Source: Pelagibacteraceae bacterium AG-422-B15
Lineage (GTDB): Bacteria > Pseudomonadota > Alphaproteobacteria > Pelagibacterales > AG-422-B15
Direction: 5' to 3'
NCBI GenBank assembly: GCA_905182345.1
Contig: CAJJBG010000013.1
Span: 14,656-78,655, forward strand
DNA: 64,000 nucleotides
Shown: positions 20,865-29,718 of the stretch, one piece after another
How the letters are laid out: the number at the start of each line of letters is the position of its first letter
Position numbering within the stretch: the first letter of the stretch is position 1
The notes under the pieces: model-generated
Told to the model about the DNA's origin: nothing
Database searches by the model: none
What the model saw: only the letters and a program-made list of their open reading frames with translations
Made by a program: the position numbers and the translations under genes

Positions 20865-22970
20865 ATGAATAAATCAAAAAATCTACGACGCTTTTTAGCG
20901 CCTAAAAGCATCGCCTTTTTTGGAGGCAAGTCTATGGTTGATTCTGTAAGGCGCTGTCGACAAGGTGGCTTTCAAGGACCTGTTTGGTTGATAAACCCTA
21001 AACATAAAGTAATTGATGGTGAGACCTGCTTTAAATCAATCTTTGATCTACCTGGACCTATTGATGCAGCATTTATTGGAACGGATAATGAAACTACCGT
21101 GAATATTGTCCAGCAACTAAACGATTCTGGAGCAGCTGGTGCTGTGTGTTATGCTTCTGGATTTGCTGAAATGAGTGCAGAAGGTAAAAAGATGCAGATT
21201 AAGCTACTTGAAGCGAGTGGGGACATGGCACTAATAGGGCCTAATTGTTATGGTATACTTGATTATTTACATGGAGCCGCCTTATGGCCTGTTGCTCATG
21301 GCGGCAAAATAGTTAAAAAAGGTGTAGCAATCCTTACGCAAAGCGGCAACTTTGCTTACAATCTATCTATGGCAGATAGGTCTCTTCCAATTGCTTACAT
21401 GGTGAGCGTTGGTAATCAAGCCTCAATCAAAGTACACGATTTAATTGAAGCTCTTTTAGAAGAACCACGCGTAACTGCAATCGGAATTCATATTGAAGGC
21501 TTAAGAGAGATAGCTGCTTTTGAAAAAGTTTCCATGATAGCTTTAAAAAAAGGCATTCCAATTATTGCTATGAAAATTGGAGCATCAAGAATTGGAGCAG
21601 AATTAGCTTTAAGCCATACCAGTTCACTAGCAGGCTCTGATGATCTTTATAATGCTTTATTTGACCGTGTTGGGATTATTCGAGTAAGTGGACCCACGGG
21701 CTTTATCGAAACAATGAAAATAGCATCTTGCCAAAAAATACCCAAAGGACCAAAATTTGCTGCCTTAGCAGTCTCAGGCGGTGATGCTGGTTTTATAGCG
21801 GACTATAGTGAGACTAATAATTTAGAGCTACCCAATTTAACTTCAGTACAAAATTTATCATTGCAAACTGTGCTACCAAAATTTGCTAGTATTTCTAATC
21901 CATTAGACTTTACTACAGCAATATGGGGCAATGAAAGTGCATTAAGAGGTTGTGTTAAAACAATGCTAGATGGAAACATAGATTTTGGATTTTTAGTTCT
22001 AGACTATCCTACAGAAGAGTCTGGTGAGCGTGTACAATGTGATTTAATGGCTGATATTTTTCAGCAAGAATTGAGCAAAAAAGGAATTCCAGGAGCTATT
22101 GCATCTGCTTTTCCAGAGCTTTTACCAAAAGCAACTAGGGAAAAATTACACAATCATGAAATCTCTGCTCTACAAGGTGTTGAAGATGGTTTAGCTGCAA
22201 TTGGACGAGTAGTACAATATAGTATTCGTCGAAATGAAATTCTCAGTCAAATAGATGATTTTGAAAAAACTTTATTACTAGCACCACCACTACAAGGCGA
22301 AACTACTTTAATGAATGAATGGGAAAGTAAGCAAAAATTAGCAGAGTATGGAGTCCCCATACCAGAGGGTCACCTGGTAAGCAAAGAGCAAGTTGAAAGT
22401 GCTGCTCAAGAATTAAATTGTCCTGTTGCAGTCAAGCTAGTTAACAATAATTTGCAACATAAAACAGAAGCAGGTGCAGTAATTATTAATATTAAAACAC
22501 CTAAACAAGCCGGTCTTCTTGCTTTTGAAATGGTTGATAAAATTAAACGTAATTATCCAGATATAAACACAAGTACTTTGTTAGTTGAGAAAATGTCAAA
22601 TCATCAAGTAGCTGAGTTAATCATCGGTGTAAAACGTGAAGAAAACTTTGGGTTAGCTCTTATTATTGGGTCTGGGGGAATACTAGTTGAATTGATCCAA
22701 GACAGCATAAGCTTATTGTTACCAACAACTGAAAAAGCAGTTGAACGAGCATTGCTTAAATTAAAAGCTGCTAAATTATTAAATGGTTATCGCGGTAAAT
22801 CACCAGGAGATATTAAAAGCACAATAAAAGCTATCATGTCTATTGCTAATTTTGCTGAAATTAATCTAGATAAATTACAAGAGCTAGATGTTAACCCATT
22901 GATAGTAATGGATAATGGGGTAGTAGCCGCAGATGCCTATATTAGCATGATTATCCCTATAAAAAATTAA
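20865..22970 (+). CDS. Fused alpha-beta ADP-forming acyl-CoA synthetase (acetate-CoA ligase family)
   Basis: CoA-binding N-terminus, GPNCYG, QSG, SVGNQA, ALSHTSSLAG (phospho-His251), NPLDFT, HKTEAGAV, ELDVNPL ATP-grasp end; no GNAT domain. Confidence 0.9.
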   Translation: MNKSKNLRRFLAPKSIAFFGGKSMVDSVRRCRQGGFQGPVWLINPKHKVIDGETCFKSIFDLPGPIDAAFIGTDNETTVNIVQQLNDSGAAGAVCYASGFAEMSAEGKKMQIKLLEASGDMALIGPNCYGILDYLHGAALWPVAHGGKIVKKGVAILTQSGNFAYNLSMADRSLPIAYMVSVGNQASIKVHDLIEALLEEPRVTAIGIHIEGLREIAAFEKVSMIALKKGIPIIAMKIGASRIGAELALSHTSSLAGSDDLYNALFDRVGIIRVSGPTGFIETMKIASCQKIPKGPKFAALAVSGGDAGFIADYSETNNLELPNLTSVQNLSLQTVLPKFASISNPLDFTTAIWGNESALRGCVKTMLDGNIDFGFLVLDYPTEESGERVQCDLMADIFQQELSKKGIPGAIASAFPELLPKATREKLHNHEISALQGVEDGLAAIGRVVQYSIRRNEILSQIDDFEKTLLLAPPLQGETTLMNEWESKQKLAEYGVPIPEGHLVSKEQVESAAQELNCPVAVKLVNNNLQHKTEAGAVIINIKTPKQAGLLAFEMVDKIKRNYPDINTSTLLVEKMSNHQVAELIIGVKREENFGLALIIGSGGILVELIQDSISLLLPTTEKAVERALLKLKAAKLLNGYRGKSPGDIKSTIKAIMSIANFAEINLDKLQELDVNPLIVMDNGVVAADAYISMIIPIKN

Positions 22971-23010
22971 TAAAATAATTTTTTCCTTACAATATTTTTA
23001 TTTGATTAAA

Positions 23011-23784
23011 TTATCTTAAGCCATTTCCATCTACTGCAATTGATTGACCTGAGATTTTATTTCCATCATCAGAAATTAAAAATGAGCATAGCTTTCCTAT
23101 GTCATTCTCTTCTATCCAACAACTCATTGAAGAAGCTGATAAGAATTCTTGCTCAACTTTTTTTTCAGAAACACCTAAGGACTTAGCCTGTGCTTTAATA
23201 ACCTTGTTCATGCGCACACCTTTTATTGATCCAGGTAATATTGCATTTACTCTAATCTTAAATTTTCCTAGTTCCATAGCAGCAGTCTTTGTAAAACCAA
23301 TTGTTGCCCACTTGCTCGAAGCATAAGGTGATCGCAAAGGAAAGCCATAAATTCCAGCAGTTGAAGATATATTTATGATTGAACCACTTTTATTTTTTTT
23401 AAGCATAGGTATCGCATGCTTGGTAAATAAAAAATGCCCTATAACATTTGTCTTTAATGTTTGTTCCCAGTCCTTATAGCTTAATTTTTCAATTAATCCA
23501 GTGGGACCGGAAATTCCGACATTATTAATTAAGCAATCAATCTTATTAGTTATTTTTTGTATGTTTTTAAAAAAATCAATAATTTCCTTTTCTTCGTCTG
23601 CATTGCATAAAAAAGCATAAATTTTATTTTTATATATTTTATTAGCATTAATTTTTTTAACAGCAGACTTATTAATGTCACAAAGAAATATATTTGCTCC
23701 TCTGTTATGTAGTATTTTTGCTGCAGCCCAACCAACACCAGTTGCACCAGCAGAAATAATAATATTTTTATTTTTTAGGATCAT
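23011..23784 (-). CDS. Short-chain dehydrogenase/reductase
   Basis: SAGATGVG Rossmann variant, NNVG, ISSTAG, YASSK (YxxxK), IRVNAILPG. Confidence 0.93.
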   Translation of the reverse strand: MILKNKNIIISAGATGVGWAAAKILHNRGANIFLCDINKSAVKKINANKIYKNKIYAFLCNADEEKEIIDFFKNIQKITNKIDCLINNVGISGPTGLIEKLSYKDWEQTLKTNVIGHFLFTKHAIPMLKKNKSGSIINISSTAGIYGFPLRSPYASSKWATIGFTKTAAMELGKFKIRVNAILPGSIKGVRMNKVIKAQAKSLGVSEKKVEQEFLSASSMSCWIEENDIGKLCSFLISDDGNKISGQSIAVDGNGLR

Positions 23785-23833
23785 TTTACTACTTTTTCCT
23801 TTAGATATCGTTGCAAATTAATAATTATAAATT

Positions 23834-24457
23834 TCATAAATTAAGTATTTTTGATAAATTTTTTTTAATGATAAGATCTAATTCATTTTTCTTAATATTT
23901 ATTCCTAAATCTGCAATACTAGTTACATTTTTGTTACTAAGACCACAAGGATTTATCCCGGAGTAGTGCTCTAGAGTCGGATTGTGATTAATACTAAAGC
24001 CATGGTAACTAACCCATTTTCTAAACCTACAACCTATACTTGCTATTTTATGTAATTGATTATTCGGTTTTTTTATAAAGACACCGTGATGATTATCATT
24101 TTTCTCACTTTTAATTCCAATTTCATTAAGTGTTCCAATAATGACATCCTCTAAAGCTCTTACAAAATTACCTACATCTTTATTTTTTTTATTTAAGTTA
24201 ATCATAGTATAAACTACTCTTTGGCCAGGACCGTGATAAGTATATTTTCCACCGCGGTTTGATAAATATATAGGAAACTTATTTTTATTTAACAAGTCAG
24301 CAGGATCAGCCATAATTCCACTGGTATAAAGAGAAGGGTAATCAAGTAGCCAGATTAATTCTTCAGAATCATCCCTTGCTATCTTGTTAACCTCTGACTC
24401 CATATATTTAATAGAGGCAACATAGTCTTCTGGTTTATTTGATATTTTCCATCTCAT
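23834..24457 (-). CDS. lipB: Lipoyl(octanoyl) transferase
   Basis: RGGKYTYHGPGQ, KIASIG, HGFSIN, PCG catalytic Cys. Confidence 0.95.
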   Translation of the reverse strand: MRWKISNKPEDYVASIKYMESEVNKIARDDSEELIWLLDYPSLYTSGIMADPADLLNKNKFPIYLSNRGGKYTYHGPGQRVVYTMINLNKKNKDVGNFVRALEDVIIGTLNEIGIKSEKNDNHHGVFIKKPNNQLHKIASIGCRFRKWVSYHGFSINHNPTLEHYSGINPCGLSNKNVTSIADLGINIKKNELDLIIKKNLSKILNL

Positions 24458-24513
24458 ATTATTATTTCTTATTAAGTGAAATTTAACCTATTTTCATGTA
24501 AATAATAAGTATT

Positions 24514-25890
24514 ATGATAAACAAATTTGAAATTACTAAAAATAATGAGCGTATTGTGCTTAGTAATGATTTAATTAAATTAACAATTAAACTATCAAAT
24601 AAAAAAGAAATTCATGCAATTAAAGAGCTCTTAGCAAATGTACATCCAGGTGACTTAGCGGATTTACTCACATTTCTAAACAGTGAGCAAAGAACATTCT
24701 TATTAGAAAATCTAGATGAGAATGTTTACACGTCTGTTCTGGCAGAAATTGATGATTCAATATTAGATGAAACTATAAAAAGCCTTGATAAAAAAGAAGT
24801 AGCAAAAGCTATTTCTGACATGGAAACTAATGATGCAGTTTCTTTAATTGAATCTTTAGAACCTGTTGATCAGCAAAAAATATTAAATGAAGTTTCTGAT
24901 GAGGATCGAGAAATATTTCAAGAAAGTCTAAATTATCCTGAAGATTCAGCCGGACGAAGAATGCAAAAAGAATATGTTGCATTACCATCATTTTGGACTG
25001 TAGGACAAACAATTGATTATCTTAGAGAAGAAATTGATTTACCTAATGATTTTTTAGAAATCTTTGTTGTTGATCCAATGAACAAACCACTTGGAAATAT
25101 CCCTGTTTCAAGAGTTTTACGTAGCTCGAAAAATAAATTTTTAAGTAAGATAATGCAAGATAATCCGATATTAATACCTGCTATAATGGACCAAGAAGAA
25201 GTTGCTTATGAATTTGAAAAATATTCCTTGGTTTCTGCTGGAGTAATTGATGAGCTAGGTAAATTAATTGGTCGAATTACTGCTGATGATGTAGTTTGGG
25301 TTTTACAGGAAGAGGCTGAAGAAGACATCTTACTTTTGGGAGGTGTTTCAGAAACAGAGGCCAATCAAAACATACTGCAATCTGTTCGAAAAAGATTTAT
25401 ATGGCTTTTTTTAAACTTACTTACAGCAATACTAGCCTCTATTGTAATTAGTTTATTTGATGCAAGTATTGAAAAAATGGTTGCTCTTGCTGTTCTCATG
25501 CCAATCATCGCCTCTATGGGGGGTAATGCAGGCACCCAGACATTAACATTAACGATAAGGTCTTTAGCTACCAGAGAACTAATAGACAGCAATAGAAGCA
25601 AAATATTAAATAAAGAAATTGGCATATCTTTTTTAAATGGCATAATTTTTTCAATTATCACAGGATTGTTGTCCTATATTTGGTTTAGAGATTTAAACTT
25701 ATCTTTGATAGTAGGGACTGCAATTATTGTTAATATTTTTTCTGCTGGAATATTTGGATTTATTATTCCATATGCGCTAAATTCAATGAAGATTGATCCT
25801 GCAATTGCATCAAGCGTATTTGTTACAACAGTTACTGATGTAGTAGGCTTTTTCTGCTTCTTAGGCTTAGCCTCTATTTTTCTTAACTAA
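24514..25890 (+). CDS. mgtE: Magnesium transporter MgtE
   Basis: HPGDLAD, YPEDSAGRRM, CBS pair, MGGNAGTQ, DPAIASSVFVTTVTDV. Confidence 0.96.
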   Translation: MINKFEITKNNERIVLSNDLIKLTIKLSNKKEIHAIKELLANVHPGDLADLLTFLNSEQRTFLLENLDENVYTSVLAEIDDSILDETIKSLDKKEVAKAISDMETNDAVSLIESLEPVDQQKILNEVSDEDREIFQESLNYPEDSAGRRMQKEYVALPSFWTVGQTIDYLREEIDLPNDFLEIFVVDPMNKPLGNIPVSRVLRSSKNKFLSKIMQDNPILIPAIMDQEEVAYEFEKYSLVSAGVIDELGKLIGRITADDVVWVLQEEAEEDILLLGGVSETEANQNILQSVRKRFIWLFLNLLTAILASIVISLFDASIEKMVALAVLMPIIASMGGNAGTQTLTLTIRSLATRELIDSNRSKILNKEIGISFLNGIIFSIITGLLSYIWFRDLNLSLIVGTAIIVNIFSAGIFGFIIPYALNSMKIDPAIASSVFVTTVTDVVGFFCFLGLASIFLN

Positions 25891-26726
25891 ATTAATATAT
25901 TATCTATAAGCCTTACGTCATTAATATGTGCAGCTATGAAGATTCTTGATTTTTTATGTGGCTTAGTTGAGGTCTTTAAGTCATTCCGCTTAACCTCTAA
26001 GTAGTCAATTTTAGTAAAACCTATTTTAAGAAGCTTCTTTTTCTGTTTTTTTAGTAGCGATGATAGGTTAAGGCCATTTTTAATTAACAGTCGAGTCTCT
26101 TTAAGAGTTTTATATAGATGCACTGAAATTTCATGGTCATCTTTGCTAAGATACTTATTTCTAGATGATAAAGCTAAACCACTATTTTCTCTAATAGTTT
26201 TACCCATCTTAACTTTCATAGGTAAATTAGTTTGCTCAATAATTCTTTTTAGGTAAAAAAATTGCTGATAATCTTTTTGACCAAGATAAATAACCTCAGG
26301 CTTTAGGATTGATAAGAATTTTAAAACAATTTCTGCTACTCCAGGAAAATGGTGAGGCCTAAACCTGCCACAAAGTTTATTTTCTATACCAAAAGTGCTG
26401 TATTTCATTTTTTTAAAAGTATACTTAGAAATGTCATCTATTTTCGGTGTAAATATTAAATCAACAGATAATTTTTTTAATTTAGCAAGATCAGTTCTCA
26501 ATGTTCTCGGGTAATTTGAAAAATCTTCATTAGGGTCAAATTGAGAAGGGTTTACATAAATACTTACAATAATAAAATACTGTCTTTCTTTTGCCAGTTT
26601 AATTAAAGATAAGTGTCCTTCATGCAAGGCACCCATAGTAGGAATAAATGCAATTTTATTGATTAACTTTGGTTTTTTGTTGTTTAAATATTTTTGTACC
26701 GATTTTATAGTTTTTTTTATAATCAT
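25887..26726 (-). CDS. panC: Pantoate-beta-alanine ligase (start ATG 26726 rather than TTG 26747)
   Basis: PTMGALHEGH, VNPSQF, RPHHFPGV, GQKDYQQ, GLALSSRN, RLIDN. Confidence 0.96.
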   Translation of the reverse strand: MIIKKTIKSVQKYLNNKKPKLINKIAFIPTMGALHEGHLSLIKLAKERQYFIIVSIYVNPSQFDPNEDFSNYPRTLRTDLAKLKKLSVDLIFTPKIDDISKYTFKKMKYSTFGIENKLCGRFRPHHFPGVAEIVLKFLSILKPEVIYLGQKDYQQFFYLKRIIEQTNLPMKVKMGKTIRENSGLALSSRNKYLSKDDHEISVHLYKTLKETRLLIKNGLNLSSLLKKQKKKLLKIGFTKIDYLEVKRNDLKTSTKPHKKSRIFIAAHINDVRLIDNILI

Positions 26727-26727
26727 T

Positions 26728-27408
26728 TTAAGGCTCGATGTTTTCAAAAATTATATTATCTGCAAAGTTAGCAGCTTTTTTTTGTTTATCTTTACTGTTG
26801 ATAGTCCATGTAATTACAGGAATTTGTTTTGCTTTTAGCTTGGCTATTAATTCGGATTCTATAATATTAACGTCACAAGAAACAAAATCTATGTCCATAT
26901 CCAAAACAAATTCAGAATTATTATTCTTATTATCTATAACCAATCCTTTTGGTATAAAGGGCAAAAACTTAATTAGCCATTTTATTGATTCCAAGTTAAA
27001 TGATTTTAATGCGATTGGGCCATGATACGAACGGATAATTTCTTGAATTCTTTCTTCTATAAAAGGTGTAAAATTTCCTTTAATTTCAACGATTATTGGA
27101 ACATTAGCATTAACTACATGTAACATTTCATCCAAGGAAATTATATTTGAGGAACTACCCTTAATACTTTGTTTTCTTAGTTCATTCATCGTAAGACTTG
27201 ATACGTCAGCATCAACTTGGCAAAGTCTTTTTAAAGTCTTGTCATGAAAAACTGCAACTTCATAGTCTAGCGTTAGGGAGACGTCACATTCAATTGCAAA
27301 ATTATTTACTATTGCAGCCTGAAAAGATTCTTTGGTATTTTCAAACACCGTAATATTGTTGTGTAATCCTCTATGTGCAATAGGGTTCTTAGTAAGCCAG
27401 TGCATCAT
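26728..27408 (-). CDS. Glycerophosphodiester phosphodiesterase family protein
   Basis: AHRG, ENT, IECDV, VFHD, IVEIK, TWTIN. Confidence 0.9.
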   Translation of the reverse strand: MMHWLTKNPIAHRGLHNNITVFENTKESFQAAIVNNFAIECDVSLTLDYEVAVFHDKTLKRLCQVDADVSSLTMNELRKQSIKGSSSNIISLDEMLHVVNANVPIIVEIKGNFTPFIEERIQEIIRSYHGPIALKSFNLESIKWLIKFLPFIPKGLVIDNKNNNSEFVLDMDIDFVSCDVNIIESELIAKLKAKQIPVITWTINSKDKQKKAANFADNIIFENIEP

Positions 27409-27422
27409 TTAATTTCAATAAT

Positions 27423-28121
27423 TTATTTTGCAACTTCATTTTTAATGTATCTATAAATTTCATCCCAAGATTCAGCTCGAGTAGCTATCTTTTTTGGAGT
27501 CTTAAGTAGCTTAGCAAGTCTTTTGTCAGAAACATAGTGTATTAATTTAACTTCTGGAGTCTCTGTATTTGCAGATTCTAAATTAAATATCATATCATCT
27601 ATAAAGAAAACTTTATTTTTAAAGCCCGATATTATTTTCCGAATTGTGGGTCCTTTTGAACGTATATTTGCAATTATAGGATATTCTAAATTATTTTTTC
27701 TAAAACAATGAATTCTATCTTGTCTCCTTGATACTGGAATATTTGTTAAAATAATTATTTGAAAATTTAATTCATTTTCAATTTTTTTTAAATTTTCATA
27801 TGCGCCTATACTAAAACTAATATCTTTAGTATGTTTCTTAAAAAAACCTTCTATATGAAGAGTCACTTCTTCCTTAGAGACAGGTTCATTGCTATTTATG
27901 TCAAAAATATTTCCTAATAATGAATAAGTTGATAGATCAATCTTAAGATTAAAAGTTAAAAGATATTTTTCAAATGACCCTAAAAAATCGAGTATTACTT
28001 CATCTGCATCAGAAATAAGAAGTGGCTTACTTGTGTTGAGCGACAGTTCATTTAGCTGAGGAATTACATCTTCATGAACAGGCAATATTTTTGCCCCAAT
28101 CTCAGGATTAGTTGTGGACAT
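27423..28121 (-). CDS. Conserved hypothetical protein with HAD-superfamily phosphatase motifs
   Basis: LISDADEV (DxD), IILTN (T), SKGP (K), FFIDD (DD). Confidence 0.65.
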   Translation of the reverse strand: MSTTNPEIGAKILPVHEDVIPQLNELSLNTSKPLLISDADEVILDFLGSFEKYLLTFNLKIDLSTYSLLGNIFDINSNEPVSKEEVTLHIEGFFKKHTKDISFSIGAYENLKKIENELNFQIIILTNIPVSRRQDRIHCFRKNNLEYPIIANIRSKGPTIRKIISGFKNKVFFIDDMIFNLESANTETPEVKLIHYVSDKRLAKLLKTPKKIATRAESWDEIYRYIKNEVAK

Positions 28122-28127
28122 TTAGAC

Positions 28128-29618
28128 TTACTTTAACTCAATCCAAGTTAGTTTTGTTTGAGTATATTGACCCATTGCCTCTAAAGACTTGTCTCGACCA
28201 AATCCTGACTGTTTATAGCCTCCGTGAGGTACAGACATATCACCGTCACTCATGCTATTAATCAAAACTTTTCCACTTTTGATTCTTTTAGCAATTTTAT
28301 GAACCTTATTAAGATCATTTGACCAAATCATGGCATTTAAACCATAGTCAGTATCATTTGCTATCTCAAGCGCCTGGTCTGCTCCATCAAATTCTATTGT
28401 AGAAAGAACAGGTCCAAATATCTCTTCTCTAGCTATTCTCATATTATTATTAACATTTTTAAAAATTGTAGGCTCTATATAATATCCACCTGAATCTTTA
28501 TTTACTTGTTTGCCACCAGCAATAATTTCAGCACCTTCAGTTTTTCCAGTTTCAATGTAGTCTAAAACGCGAGCTGTTTGGGCCTTATCAACCATAGATC
28601 CCATTGCCGTATCTGGATGAAATGGATCATTCGGCATCCAAGGCTTACTATATTCTATTAGTTTTTCAAGAAACTCATCTTTAATAGGCTTTTCAATTAA
28701 AAGCCTTGATGGAGCATCACAAACTTGTCCACTATTGAAAAACATCCCATCAGCAGCATTTTTTGCAGCAAGGTCTATATCTGGAGCATCTGCAAAAACT
28801 ATGTTTGGTGATTTTCCACCACACTCTAGCGAGACTCTTTTCATATTAGATTCTCCTGAATATTTTAGAAAGAGCTTTCCAACTTCAGTTGATCCAGTGA
28901 AACCTAGTTTATCAACATCCATATGCATACCTAGTGCCTTACCTGCAGTTGGTCCAAATCCTGGTACTACATTAAAAACACCCTCGGGAATTCCAGCTTC
29001 CATCGCAAGCTCAGAAACTCTTAATGCAGATAATGGAGACTGTTCTGCTGGTTTTAGAATAAAACTATTTCCAGTAGCTAAAGCAGGAGCAATTTTCCAA
29101 AATGCCATCAACAAAGGGTAGTTCCACGGTGTAACCGCACCAACAACTCCTAAAGGCTCTTTGGTGATCATTGCTATAATATTGTCCCTGGTAGGAGCTA
29201 CATCATCATATAGCTTATCAATTGCTTCAGCATACCAATTTAAGCATGCGGCACATGCCGCTATATCACCTGTTGCAGCAGATATAGGTTTTCCCACATC
29301 TAATGTTTCAAGAATTCCAAGCTCTAAAATGTTTTTTTTAATTAAATTTGCAAATTTAAAAAGTATTTTTTTTCTTTTATTAGGAGCCATTCTTGACCAA
29401 GAGCCCTTTTCAAAAACAGTTCTAGCAGCTGAAACAGCATTGTTTACATCTTCAATGTCACACTCCGCAACAGAAGTTACCAAGTTACCATCTACAGGAG
29501 AGATATCTTCAAATACTTTTCCTGATACAGAGTCTACAAAATTACCATTTATAAAAGCTTGGTTTTTAAAACTAAGTGAGTTTTTTAATTTAATTACTTC
29601 TTTGTGAACAAGTGCCAT
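28128..29618 (-). CDS. puuC: Aldehyde dehydrogenase, PuuC-like (gamma-glutamyl-gamma-aminobutyraldehyde DH family)
   Basis: LETLDVGKPI, WYAEAIDK, FTGSTEVG, SNMKRVSLECGGKSPNIVFAD, GQVC, EEIFGPV; substrate inferred. Confidence 0.7.
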   Translation of the reverse strand: MALVHKEVIKLKNSLSFKNQAFINGNFVDSVSGKVFEDISPVDGNLVTSVAECDIEDVNNAVSAARTVFEKGSWSRMAPNKRKKILFKFANLIKKNILELGILETLDVGKPISAATGDIAACAACLNWYAEAIDKLYDDVAPTRDNIIAMITKEPLGVVGAVTPWNYPLLMAFWKIAPALATGNSFILKPAEQSPLSALRVSELAMEAGIPEGVFNVVPGFGPTAGKALGMHMDVDKLGFTGSTEVGKLFLKYSGESNMKRVSLECGGKSPNIVFADAPDIDLAAKNAADGMFFNSGQVCDAPSRLLIEKPIKDEFLEKLIEYSKPWMPNDPFHPDTAMGSMVDKAQTARVLDYIETGKTEGAEIIAGGKQVNKDSGGYYIEPTIFKNVNNNMRIAREEIFGPVLSTIEFDGADQALEIANDTDYGLNAMIWSNDLNKVHKIAKRIKSGKVLINSMSDGDMSVPHGGYKQSGFGRDKSLEAMGQYTQTKLTWIELK

Positions 29619-29718
29619 AGATTGTTTTCCTAATTTTATATAAGGATTACTATATCAAACATTCATGAATTTAAAATACTAAATGGTTGAGCAGTTATTT
29701 TTTAATACAAATAACTTA

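Noticed and set aside
18886-22970. Direct identification of the trio as DmdBCD, CaiABCD or BcoABCD
   Set aside because: Ligase is ADP-forming (DmdB and CaiC are AMP-forming) and the crotonase lacks the hydratase glutamates; the similarity is architectural only
20865-22970. Ligase as a Pat/Pka protein acetyltransferase
   Set aside because: No GNAT domain and the phospho-acceptor His is intact
22979-23801. TTTTTCCTT on both sides of the SDR as a target-site duplication
   Set aside because: The upstream copy is the SDR's own AAGGA SD read on the other strand; a 9-mer of this composition is weak evidence
24320-24360. LipB LLDYP in place of the usual LLEHP
   Set aside because: Catalytic Lys and Cys and the RGG..TYHGPGQ motif are intact; likely tolerated drift
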